From Yuukianura sp. NJ FZ-2021 (lineage: Eukaryota), in contig CM102286.1 of the NCBI GenBank assembly GCA_046563655.1, forward strand, positions 2,232,001 to 2,296,000: DNA of 64,000 bases, in the 5' to 3' direction. A model generated the notes under the pieces. That model had not been told where the DNA came from. It saw only the letters and a list, made by a program, of their open reading frames with translations, and did no database searches. A program made the translations under genes and the position numbers. This document shows, in pieces, positions 1 to 11,896 of the stretch; position 1 is the stretch's first letter, and each line of letters begins with the position of its first letter.

Positions 1-1745
1 TTTACTAAATTTTAATCATCAAAACATTATCCAAAATTACTTCGGTTTTTGAAGCTAAATTTGAAGCCAGCAATACAGCATACATTTTAACTGTTCAGCT
101 CTTACACCATGAGCTGATACCTAATGTTGTGTTGTATGTGGGAGCAATAACTTACACATTTAATTAGTAATTTATCATCAGATGATGTTAGAAATTAAAA
201 AAGTTTAGTTTTTGGTTGAAGTAAACTTGGGCTTCTCATCTTTTCTAATTGTATCCACCCGTTTTACCCAGCCGATGGGTACATTTGTAGGCACCAATAT
301 CCAAAACAATACGGCATTTCAGCGGCAGCGAAGTAACCTCTGAATTTAATTGGGAAGGTTTCTTTACTGTTTGAATCAGTGAATGCACTTTCAGTTTCTC
401 GTGCCGAAGCCGAGTTATCTAACACTCTCTAGGAATAATTAAATCAACCAATAAACACTGCCGGCATGCATTCCAAGGTTAGCTTTTGGTCGCTAGTTAA
501 ACGTATTGATTTGAATTGCTGTGGGTACGAATGCACCCATTCAATTTTGAACCATTTGTTTTAACCCAGCTACATTATCTGGAGATTTATGGTAAATCCA
601 AGCAAAACAGGTTATAGGCCTCTCCTTGTTCCCGTTTCTCACAAAAATAAACATCCTTCCTTGATAAAGACTCGATTGATTGAGTACTAGGTACAAACAA
701 AGTGCGTATAAAGTAGTAAGTTGGCATTGGCAATAAATTTCCTTTGTTTAGTGTGTCCTCATTGTTCTTCTGCTCGGAGTGTCCAATATTAGCAACCATT
801 GCAATCACCTAGTCGGTAGCTTTGATTCATTCCACCTCTAGTTCATCGTCCTAACATAATCCACAACTTTTAACAGCCAACTTCCATTATGTAACCTGCT
901 GACTTAACTACGTAACATTTATTATGTATTGACGTACCATATGTACCAAATACCGTAAGTTTAACATATGCTGCTGGGCATATACAGTGCTGCTCTCTCA
1001 TTAAACCAGTCACCTAAAAGTAAGTCAAATGATAAATGTACCGTACAGTATTACCGTCACCGTATCAGACCATATTAAAGTAAAGTTCAAGTTTTTGTCC
1101 TTTCAGCAGAAGTCAAAGTGCACGACACGAGTTGGGGATTAGAACATCTTGGACCAGGGGTTGATAGATAACCGCGAATCATTCTGTTATTGGCTAACTG
1201 CAGAACGTCAGCATCTAACCTTAGGGATCATCAATCACGCAAGTCACGTATTTCATGTGAGTTTGTTTACCAATTGTCGCCCTCGCTCTGGTTTGGCGAG
1301 TATCAGACAAAAACAAAAGGCCAAAGGAGGTCAAATGAAAACTGCAGTAGGTTTAGCTTATATGGTATTCCTGTTTGTAACATTTTCTTGTTATTCCTGA
1401 CATGATAATAATAGTGTAAGTCGTCATGCTAGTACTTCATACCAAGTTAACGTCATACTTCATACCAAGTCGTGATATACTATATAAAGGCATAGACGAA
1501 ACGCGGAAGAGGTCATTCGAAATATTGACGCACGTACTCATTCTCGTAAACCTTGATTCTGTAGTTACTACAATGAACAAAAGCCCTCAGGTAGTGATGA
1601 AGTTTATCAACAAGTACACCGAGGGTATTGAACTCTTGAGGAGGAAAGTTACCAGTTACCTTGGGTATCGGGAAACGGCCATTAAATTTATAGTACCTAA
1701 CGAGTTCATACATGCCCAACGCAAGTAAAGGTTGTGCTATAAAAC

Positions 1746-2042
1746 GCAGTCTTCGGGGGTTTTGGATCCGCTCCCGATCATTTTGGCATAACCCCCGTTC
1801 CGCTCCCGTTCTTCTCATGAGATCAGAAGATTCTGACCAGATTACCGATCTCGGTATTTAACATTAGGAGCGGGGATCGGGTGCATGAAATGATCGGAAA
1901 TCAGCCTGTACCGGTGTCGCCGCTCCCGATCCTTGCCAGCTGTGAGTGGGAACGGGAATGAACATACAGATCATTTAAATTAGGAACGGGATCGGGGATT
2001 GCACGGGAGTGGGGAACCGTAGCGGATTTCCCCGAACTCTGC
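1746..2042. mobile_element. MITE-like element (~297 bp) with imperfect TIRs and CGGGATCGGG/CCGCTCCCG sub-repeats
   Basis: Ends GCAGTCTTCGGGG...CCCCGAACTCTGC; flanks ATAAAAC / ACAAAAC (near-7-bp TSD). Confidence 0.6.
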
Positions 2043-3174
2043 ACAAAACCCTGTCGTCAAATGCCAACTTGTCTAGAGTTTGACGGTACTAAATTTAATC
2101 GTTGTTAGAATTAGGAAATAATGGGGAAATGGAAACATTGGTTAGGCTGCATAGATTTAAGTATTCTTTATAACGTTTTGCCTACCCAATCTCACACCCC
2201 TTTTTCCCTACTCCCCTACTCTGTTTTTGCATTAGAACTTCTACTTCGCAATTGACAATTTAGCAATCTGCAGATTCAGCATGGTGGCCTGACTTATTCT
2301 GTTAATATAGCATGGTTTTAGTTAGCTCACTCGCAGTCGTTCTAAGTATGCCACAGCGCAAACAGTTAAGTCAGCAGACTTCGTTCAGTTCGGCCGTTCG
2401 GTCAGCTAAAGTCCCAGAGACTCTACTGTGCTGCAATTGCTGGAAATAGTCACTTGTATTTACTGAGTTCTGTGATATCTAAAGTGTAAAGTGTCTTTCA
2501 ATTCACTTGAACATTGCTTTACAAGATAAAAAGTTATCGACCAAGGTCAGATCACTTCTTAGCAGCACTTTAGCTGTATGATCCGTTTTTTAGGCTACGA
2601 AACAGTTAATACTACAGGAAAAATCCTGGAAGCCCAGTTCCATTCTTACCTAGTGTACTATTTAAGTTGCGGTAATTTTCGAAAAACGTATTTAATCAAT
2701 CTACACCCATCTCCTGATTATCTCGGGATTGATATCGGCATAACGTAAGTGTCGGAATACCCTATATAATTTATCGTTACGCAAACGCAGTGTGACTAAA
2801 ATGTTTCCGTTGCGCTGGATCAAGCCAGTTTTTAGTGAAATATAAACAACCGTCTTGGTATTTGTTAGAAATTGTTAGTTTGGAAGTTTCAGTGTTAAGT
2901 TCCAACTAATTGGATGTTGAACAATTACTGGGAACATTACGGTACACGTAGTTCTTATTCTGGAATTGCGTTGCTGGAAAAACTGTAGTTTGGAAATTAT
3001 CTTTTTAAATTCTAATTAGTTTTTGTTTTGTATTTTTTCAGAACGCAAACACCAAATTAACAAGTCCGGAACGTTCCTAAAAAAGTCCAGTTGGAAACAC
3101 TGAAAACTTCGTCAGAATTTTAACCACTCCGAATTTCTTTGTTTGACAAGAACTTCAATCAACACAAGAGTAAA

Positions 3175-6100
3175 ATGGACAAAGAAGACAATGACAAGAA
3201 GCCGAAAAGGTAAACAATTTTTCGAAATTTCAGTTCAGCTTTGACATGTACCACATTCGGGTTTTCCATAAATGGAAGTTTTGTGCTGGAATTTAGTAAA
3301 ATTAGTAACACACTTAAGTGAGGATTTAAGTTGAACTATCAGTTAAACACATAGTCGAGGTTAGGATGGACGAATTTTGCATTACTTAGCCATCGACTTC
3401 AATTTGAACTGGGTAGTTTTCATTTCTTTAAGGGAGAATCGCAATGGTAAAGTGAGGTTTCTTTTTAGACAGATGCGGTGGTAGAAGCTGAATTAATCAT
3501 CTTCTATTTGCCATTTTGTGCCATTTCGTAGTTCTCCTCAATGTTGTTATTGTTATGTTGCATTTTTGTTTGTTACGACTAACAATTGTAGTGCTGAAGG
3601 TTTTTCTAACGTAAACAAAAAAATAAATCTCATCTCAAGGTTAAAACGGGCGTCGGCGTGAGTCAGCTCATCATTATGTTCAACCAACTGCAATTGAATG
3701 CAATGTTTTTTGTTGTTGCTAAAAAGCTGTTTTATTTGTCAGCTAATGTCGTCTGCTAAAATTTCCAATTGCGTTGATTGTATTTTCACTCAAACCTTCC
3801 AGTTTAAACAAACTTCTCGAAATTTAAACTGCGCTGTTCAGACGTAAATTGGTATTTTTTTTCCGAAACTTTTTTTTCGTCTGGTGTTGTTGTTTAAAAC
3901 TACTGCGTAACATTTTTACGTAAAGACCAATTAAATTGCATTTTTTCGTAACCTTATCTTTAACCATCCCCGTCCGGTTTGAATTTTTTAAATAAAACGG
4001 ATGTTTACATTTAAATTTCGCACACTTTGGATGATTTAGGTTAGGGACCTACGTTGTTATTTTCTAAAGTAAAGTATTAGCATTCAGTTCAGCAGTTCAT
4101 GATGCTAGATTAGGTTTCATGGCTTTTGTTTAATGTAGTGAGTGTCATATTTGGTAACTCCGTTGACGTTAACAGAATAATTTACCAACTTATATACTAT
4201 ATTAACTATACTAGGCTAGAGCTTGGCAGTGGATACATTGCGGTCGAAACACGAGTAGGAGGCGGCGATACTTGACACCAAAATGTTTGTTGTTTTGGAC
4301 TTTGAACTGTGAAACTCCAACATTGAACATCACATTGTTTGGTCGTGTAAACTTTCTATTTGTTCATCGACAATCGTCTAACTTTAACAATACTAGTTTT
4401 CTCTGGTTCTGTAGAGTTTCCAAACTTCTACGATTTCCTAAATGACGCACATCAAATCATAACATGAAATTTCTAAAAGTCTTTGCTTCAACTTATTGCA
4501 ACTTTGGCACATCATCAATAATTTACTGCTCTATGACCTCGTTAATCCCTAATTTAAGTTAGTCAATGAAATGCAATTAAAGTTAATGGATGAAATCATA
4601 ATTTATTTATAATGACAGTAGACATTTGGCTAGCCTTTTTATCTTACAGAAATGAGATCATAAAAATGAAATTGATGGTGAAATATTCTAATTTGTTAAA
4701 ATTTTGATGCTTCATTGATTGATTAATAATTGAGTTTGATCGTTTTTTTTATAGTGGAGGGTCCAGAAATAGCGAGAAGCGACGGGAACGCTCGAAAGTA
4801 GCCGCAAGATGTCGCCGCGGAAAAGAGTCGGAAATATTTTCAGACCTTGCTTCCTGTTTACCACTTCCTGACCACCTTAGCAAAGCATTGGACAAGGCTT
4901 CAGTTGCACGACTAGCCTTGACTCATCTTAAGCTTAATTGCATGATGTCAGAACGTGAGTAAATTGACAATCTTTGACCTTCAAAATGTGCAGCATAAGG
5001 AAAAAAAATAACGTGGTGTTTTTGTTTTCTAGTGTTTGGAAGCACGTCAGAAGGCTCCGAGGAATCAGAGTTTGATAAATTCTTGAACCAAGCAATGGGT
5101 GGCTTTGTTTTTGTGGTTTCGGCTGATGCAGATCTTGTTTACGTTTCGGAAAGTGTGTCAAAGTGCTTGGGATTGGCACAGGCAAGTAAACAATAAATGA
5201 ATAGGAGTTGGAAATATTTGCGTCATAATACCGTATACATGCTAAACCTGTTGACGTGAATAGACCTTGTATGATACTTATCGAATTTTTACTTTGTTAT
5301 TGGTAGTGTGAAGTAATGGGTCAAAGCATATTCGAATTCACACACCCGTGTGACCATGACGATATTAAGGGGTTAATAGCCCTAAACAAAAGCACTCCCA
5401 AGGATCAACCAATCACACGCTCAGCATTTTTCCGAATGAAGTGTACAATTACGTCTAAAGGAAGAAATGTTCACCTTCGAGCTGCTTCGTACAAGGTAAT
5501 TTGCCAGGAAGGTGAATAACCAGGGATGTCAAAAATATTTCAAATATTAAAAATTAAAAATATTTATTTTAGTCTCCATACCCGTAATGTTATATTATTT
5601 TAACCCTAAATAATATTTTAGTTTTTTTTTGTTACTAAAAATATTGATTTATTTGCCCATGCCCTTAATGTTAAGTACGTAAATGTTTGGACATTTAAAA
5701 AAATTATAATTTTTTTTGTCAATATTTCGGGGGTTTTTAGCACATATTTTCGACATCCCTGCTCATAATCTATGTGATATCGGGATTACCGTAGCTTTTT
5801 TGGCAAAAAGTTTTTGTTTTTATTTGGAATGACTTGAATGGAATGAAATCTTTTTTCTTGTTTTTTTAGGGCGTTGCTTGTAACGGTCGCCTGTACTGGA
5901 ACGAGGAGGATCCAAAGTCACGTTGGTTTGTTGGCATTGGAGAACCACTTTCAGATCCCACCGACGTAAATTTCCCACTGAACAAACAGGCATTTGTGAC
6001 GCGACACTCGATGGACATGAAATGCGAAGATGTTGCTGGAAACGTTGAAGAGTTCGTGGGCTATGAACCGGAAGATTTGATTGGGAAATCGTTCTATGAT

Positions 6101-8470
6101 TTCCATCATGCGGTTGATGGAGAATTCTTGTCAGGGAGCTTGAAAGCTTGTAAGTAAATGAACTTTAGAAACACATTTTTTGAAACAATTTTTGCATTTT
6201 TTTTTGTTTTGGTTTAGTATACTCAAAGGGGCAAATTCAGACGGACAGATACAGATTTTTGGCGAAAACTGGAGGCTGGGTGTGGTGTATCACACAAGCA
6301 ACTGTACTCAAATCCGAAAATGGATCCAAACCCAATGGCATCATTTGTCTCCACTTCGTTACTAGGTAAAATATATTATGTAATGTATTGGAAACTTTTT
6401 ATGAAGTTTTAAGCTATTTCCAATCGTTTTCCAAAAAAAAAATTTTTTTTTTTCGGTGGGATACTTCTGATTTAGAGAGCGCAGCTAACTGTTGCGCAAT
6501 GAGACGTTCCACTGTATATCCATAACTTAACTCTTTTTGTTTGGTTTTCAGTGGAGTTGAAAATCAAGATGAAATTGTTTCTGTACTTCAATCGAAACCT
6601 GCTAATCTGTCATTGGAGTCTGTCAATATCCAAACTGAAGCGCTCCAACTTCAAGATATCTTTCCCGGAGCTGGATTTAGCAACCCAACACCCAATACCG
6701 CGAAAATATTTGCACCAAAAACAGAAGATATGGATTCAGGGTTCCTTATGCCCTACGAAGATACGATGATTGGTAATTCAAAGTTCGAAAACTATAAATT
6801 GGGAAGGAATGTACCAAGTTTTTATTAATTTGTGCTTATTTTGAAAATTTCAGTGAGCAAGGAAGAACCAGAGGACTTGACCCATTTGGCTCCCACTGCA
6901 GGAGAAGATTGTGTCCCACTCTGCGTTCCACTGCTGGATGATTTGCTTAGATCCTACGAAGAAGCTAACTTGTCCTTCACACAGTTTGGCAATTTCATTG
7001 ATATTGATGCACCGGAAATTCCGTTTTTTACGAATTACGAGTCATCACTGCCAAGCAGCGCAGAATCATCATCTTCAGATACTCCTCTTCTGATTGACCC
7101 AGTTTCACCTTCGTCCTTGTCACCACTTTTTCTGCACACGGATCCACAAATTACTAATGGTCTTGAGGAGCCTACTGTGTCGTATGTTCCATCCCCACCA
7201 CAATTGTTCGTGTCGCCTGGTCCAGATAGTAGACCATTAGTGTCAGATGAATCGCTGCGAGAGTATGGAACGCTGGAAGATGTGTGTTGTCCATGGGACC
7301 AAGACCTTGGTGGTCTCAAAACACCGGAATCAGGAGCAGACGAATCGATTTTGGACGAACTCTCAGAATTTAGAGCTCCGTATATTCCAACAGATAGTGG
7401 AGAAAAGCTATGTTCAGCGGCACCCATATTCAACATTTGGCCAGAACTTGAATTTCTGACGTAAGTTGTGCTGAAAAGTGTTTTCATTTTAATTATTCCT
7501 TATAATTTGAATTAATGAATCATTTTTTTGGAAACAGGTCACAGAGAATTGAGCTGAATGATGAAGCATGTGTCCCACTGGCTCCGCCTGGAATTGGAGG
7601 TGGGACGAGAGTAGATACTGGCTTCTCGACGTAAGTTGTGTTAAAAATTATTTTCAATTAATTATTTCACACAATTTGAATTAATGAAACTTTTTTTTGA
7701 AAACAGCCCACAGATAATTGAGCTCAGTGATGAAGTTTGTGTACCACTGGCTCCCCTGGATTTGGAGATGGGACGGCAATAGATACTGGCTTGTCGACGG
7801 AACAAGCGCAAAGAACTTCAAAGTTCTCAGAACAGAACATCGATCAAATCACTTGGACGATGGACATTGGATCAATCTTTGCTGCTAGAAAGCCAGAGGA
7901 CAAACCTCGTGTCATGACGAAGTCTATTTTTTCAACTCTTGATTCTCCGCCAGTCAAAGTGCGGAAAGTGGCTACAGTTACGGCGATGCCACGCGAAGAT
8001 TTGGTCGGACACGCTGAAGCAAACACGGATATTCGGAAGTGTCCGTTTCTGGAGTCTTATAGAACCTTGAGGAAAGCTGGAACTGGACCGGCAATGAAAA
8101 TTGCGAAGGTGGGCGTAGGAGATCCACCAACGAAGCCACCGCCAAGCGTAGACACTTCCAAGGCATTTAGGATTCTGGGTGGAACTCAAGGCATCGGTTT
8201 GATACGTAAAGTAAGTGTAATTGGAATGGGTGTAGATCGAGAGTTTTTGAAAAATTGCTAACGTTTTTATGTTTTTTATAGCGTGATTTGGGTGGATCGC
8301 TTGTACTGCCAGGAATCGATGGACGACTGCCAACATTTTATGAGTTGACGCAGCAGGACTATGAAATGATGGTTCCGCTTCTAGAAACGTCACTGTTGCA
8401 AGGATCCGAGTTACTGAATGCTCTTGATTCAGTAAATGATACTGGCAGTGGATTTATCCCCAGCATGTAG
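3175..8470 (+). CDS. sima: Hypoxia-inducible factor alpha (bHLH-PAS; HIF-1alpha/Similar-like), multi-exon
   Basis: Manually spliced exons 3175-3209, 4755-4954, 5033-5181, 5307-5495, 5870-6149, 6218-6365, 6552-6772, 6854-7460, 7538-7630, 7707-8210 (1-nt frame break near 7753-7756), 8282-8470. bHLH RNSEKRRERSKVAARCRRGKESEIF..LDKASV; PAS-A GQSIFEFTHPCDH..RMKCTITSKGRNVHL; PAS-B FVTRHSMDMK..KGQIQTDRYRFLAKTGGWVW; NODD LTHLAPTAG (6877-6894); CODD RAPYIP (7372-7389); CAD-like LTQQDYEMMVP..LLQGSELLNALD. Probable 5' UTR intron 2745-3041. Confidence 0.93.
5521..5761. mobile_element. hAT-like MITE (241 bp) in a HIF-alpha intron
   Basis: TIRs CAGGGATGTCAAAAATAT / ATATTTTCGACATCCCTG around an AT-rich core; TSD degenerate. 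Confidence 0.7.
7461..7798 (+). repeat. Tandem duplication of an intron + exon segment in HIF-alpha
   Basis: 7461-7630 and 7631-7798 both start GTAAGTTGTG, share AATTTGAATTAATGAA..AAACAG, and encode the similar peptides SQRIELNDEACVPLAP.. / PQIIELSDEVCVPLAP.. Confidence 0.9.
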
Positions 8471-8686
8471 AGAACACTCTCCCCAAAAGGTGGACAGTGT
8501 AAGACGTGGACAAGCGTAGTGAAAAGAGTGTGGATAGGGCCTTCGGTGTTCATTTTTTTTAGTTTTAAAGTAACCTTATGCGAAAATTAGAACCAATTGA
8601 AAAATTTTAGTTGGTTGCATGTTATTCTTAAAAAACAACTTATAATTTAGTTTAGTTTAGTTAACTTATAGTTTAAGTTGAGTTAT

Positions 8687-9005
8687 TAGGGAGTTTGCGT
8701 TATAAAGAGATTATAGAAATTATGAAAATTATAGAATTTAGGAAATCCCACCTCTTTCAACCCACTGTCGTACGTTTTGCAAAACGGCTTGTGTGATTGG
8801 TCGATTTCAAATTTGTGACGTCACTTTACAAAATTTTCGCATTATCGAAATTATAGACCATGCTTATAAACTTTATTAATCATAAAAATTTGAAAAGTTA
8901 CGTCATAAATTCTATAATTTCTATAATTCGCCCGCTATAAATTCTATAATTCCTATAATTCGCCCGCTATAAATTGTACAATCTTTTTATAACGCAAAGT
9001 CCCTA
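8687..9005. mobile_element. MITE (~319 bp) between the convergent HIF-alpha and seipin 3' ends
   Basis: TIRs TAGGGAGTTTGCGTTATAAAGAGATT / AATCTTTTTATAACGCAAAGTCCCTA; internal TTATAG/CTATAA sub-repeats; partial flanking duplication TTGAGT. Confidence 0.7.
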
Positions 9006-9265
9006 TTGAGTGGAGGTTGAGAGCATTACGAATGATTATATTTCGATCACGTTATTCAACCAATCGTAAACTGTTCAGACATCCTCTGCATTTGTCACTT
9101 GTAACAACCAATCGGTTTTTAATTAAACTTCACATTTATATTCTGGGTTTACATTTATATGGTGTGATTATAGTATGCGTAAATCATGTGACCGAAGACT
9201 TAATTGAATTGACTAAGAGGTAAACAATCGTTACAGACGGACTAGAAGTGAGAATTGTTAGCAAA

Positions 9266-11896
9266 TTACTTGGAATTCTTGCGTCTTCTAACATCCCCTT
9301 GACCTTTGTCCTGGTCGTCTTCAATGTGCTCAATCATATGTCTTTCCCGCTCTTCACCACTTCCTTCTTCCACGACTTCAAATTCACTAGAAGTTTTCCG
9401 ATCAGAGATATCTTCACTGCTTGTGCTGCTGCTACTGCCGCTTATCTTGCCTTCTGGCAGTTTTGGTACGACTTGGTCACCATACATGTCTTCATCATCG
9501 TCTACAAGTTTCGGTGGTTCGTCATCCGGTTCGATCGACTCGGAGTCAGCATCTCCTTGTCCCTTTTCGAAGTAGGGGAGTTCCAAATCTTCCTTGTCGA
9601 CTAGTGATTCTTTCCGTACTCGGACTGGTTCGGTCTCTGCAGCAGCCGTTTCTAGACAAAGAATTTCATAATGGATCGTCTGAAAGGAATTATTAATAGT
9701 CGTTCTGTTCATAAACTTACGACTCGCGCTCTGGAGGCGCTCCTTAGCCTTGGCATGACGGACTTCGAGAGTTCTGGACAGCGCAGTATCGTAGCCAACG
9801 TGGACACTAGGTTGACTAGGTTTGAAGAATTTGAACCAAGAGAGAAAAGCGATGATGCTGAGAAAGAATAGATTTGTGCAAGTTCCCATTACGGCGGAAG
9901 TGAGTGGCCAGTGGAACATGAGGTATCGGAGACCAGTAAAATGGGCATGGATCTTGAGGGAAGCTTGGTAAACTTCAATATTGTAACTTTGGATTTCAAT
10001 GAAGGCTTCCGTTACTGGATTGTTCTACCAAATACGAGACACAGTTAGCGATTGATCACAGCTTCTTAAGTATGATAAAGACAGAAGAATTCATACCCGA
10101 TCTTCTTGGAAGTTGGAGAACAATTCAATTGATAGAGTTTGTTTCTCTTCATAAGATCCAGCAAGGACGAGTGGGTAAAAGAAAATGGTGGAAAGCAAAT
10201 GAAGGAAACTGGACTTGTATTGAATCAATGATGAGCGACATGACTGCTCAACCGATTCCCCGTCTTTGCTCCGGAGACGAGCACAGGTCATGAACATGCC
10301 CTGGTTCCTGTTGGCAGGAGATTCGGGCAGTTCCAGCTCCAGAAGTATCTTGTAAGGCTGGCCAACCATCAGGAACTGCTCTCGCTTTGTTAGCGTTACA
10401 TTTGCTGATGGAAAGTCGCACATGGCTCGGGAAGTTCGGTCGCACGATCTCCTGTTAAAAACACAAGTTAAAATTCAAAAGTTAATCTGTCGTCGTCATC
10501 ACTAAAACTAAAGTCTTACGTAAACTGAAGATGAACTGGACGTGTATGTGATACAGGGGGAATGTAGGAGTAGTAAAAACTGGCGTACAGGAAAATGGAC
10601 ATCCATAGCAGTGCTGTCACTGTCAACAGTACGAGGATGGCCTTGTAAATCGTTTCCTGCAAAATGGCGAAAAAATACAACGTAAGAACCAAAATTTCAA
10701 TTACTGCAGTTTAAGCCGTAAAGGGCAACGTAGTTCGCTTATGGGACAGAGCGGACCCGTACGATTTGGCTGAAAATTTAACCAGCTGTTCTCGAGACCT
10801 ATAGGAACAACTTTTGTACAGGGCTCAAACGGGGCATCAAACGGTTTGACCTCCAGAGGTCACCAAAGGTCAAGTGGTCATCCTATGACGACACGCCTTA
10901 AGTAAGGTGTCGTTGGAAAGCTCTTGACCTTCTGGTTCAGAAAATGTATGGGTATTAATACTTTGGTTCAGCCGTTTAGCCGTAAGAGGTCACCGAAGGT
11001 CAACTATGAAAAAAGTTGCAAAGTACCAACAAATGAAAATCGTTCTATGACAACCGACAAAATGACCTATACAAAAGTTGTTCCACTCGACAAGATAAGC
11101 AACTTTTCCCAATGAGATTTTTCTCTACAATGAACAGCTGATAAGATACCCGCCAAGACAAAAACTGCTAAAAGTAGATTGCAGGTAGGACATTCGCCAC
11201 GGTAAAATGAAATTGGACAACAACGATGGTTGTACAGCTCTATATTACCCCAGTACATGCAAAGGGTTCAAGAAAGCAACTTCTTAAAAAAATATGCTAA
11301 CGTTTATATCAAAACTGTAGGAAAAGAATCAGGTTCCGTTTTACTGTGGCGAATGTCCTACCTGCAATCTACTTTTAGCAGTTTTTGTCTTGGCGGGTAT
11401 CTTATCAGCTGTTCATCGTAGAGAAAAATCTCATTGGGAAAAGTTGCTTATCTTGTCGAGTGGAACAACTTTTGTATAGGTCATTTTGTCGGTTGTCATA
11501 GAACGATTTTCATTTGCTGGTACTTCGCAACTTTTTTCATAGTTGACCTTCGGTGACCTCTTACGGCTAAACGGCTGAACCAAAGTATTAATACCCATAC
11601 ATTTTCTGAACCAGAAGGTCAAGAGCTTTCCAACGACACCTTACGTAAGGGGGGTTGTCATAGGATGACCACTTGACCTTTGGTGACCTCTGGAGGTCAA
11701 ACCGTTTGATGCCCCGTTTGAGCCCTGTACAAAAGTTGTTCCTATAGGTCTCGAGAACAGCTGGTTAAATTTTCAGCCAAATCGTACGGGTCCGCTCTGT
11801 CCCATAAGCGAACTACGTTGCCCTTTTAATTATGCTAACCTGTGTCCCGCTCAAGGTGTTAATTATGTTGTCTCTCAATTTCGTTAGCCCGAACAT
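9266..11896 (-). CDS. Seipin: Seipin (BSCL2 homologue), lipid-droplet biogenesis ER protein
   Basis: Minus-strand exons 11896-11840, 10656-10520, 10451-10097, 10024-9721, 9651-9266. [64 protein letters not shown] and [20 protein letters not shown] are characteristic seipin segments; acidic C-tail ending RRRK. Confidence 0.93.
10720..11826. mobile_element. 1.1-kb palindromic (foldback/MITE) element in seipin intron 1
   Basis: Arms 10720-11207 and 11339-11826 are colinear inverted copies (488 bp each, about 8 substitutions seen, no indel) around a 131-bp spacer; no coding capacity. Confidence 0.9.

Noticed and set aside
587..850. 73-aa minus-strand ORF with an upstream acceptor-like site
   Set aside because: In-frame stops upstream and no recognisable homology; cannot support a gene or pseudogene call.
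4653..4671. TGAGATCAT bantam-like start in a HIF intron
   Set aside because: Match is limited to the first 9 nt and there is no complementary arm.
10924..11622. Two near-identical 63-aa ORFs on opposite strands
   Set aside because: They are mirror images produced by the palindrome arms; no transposase or other motif.
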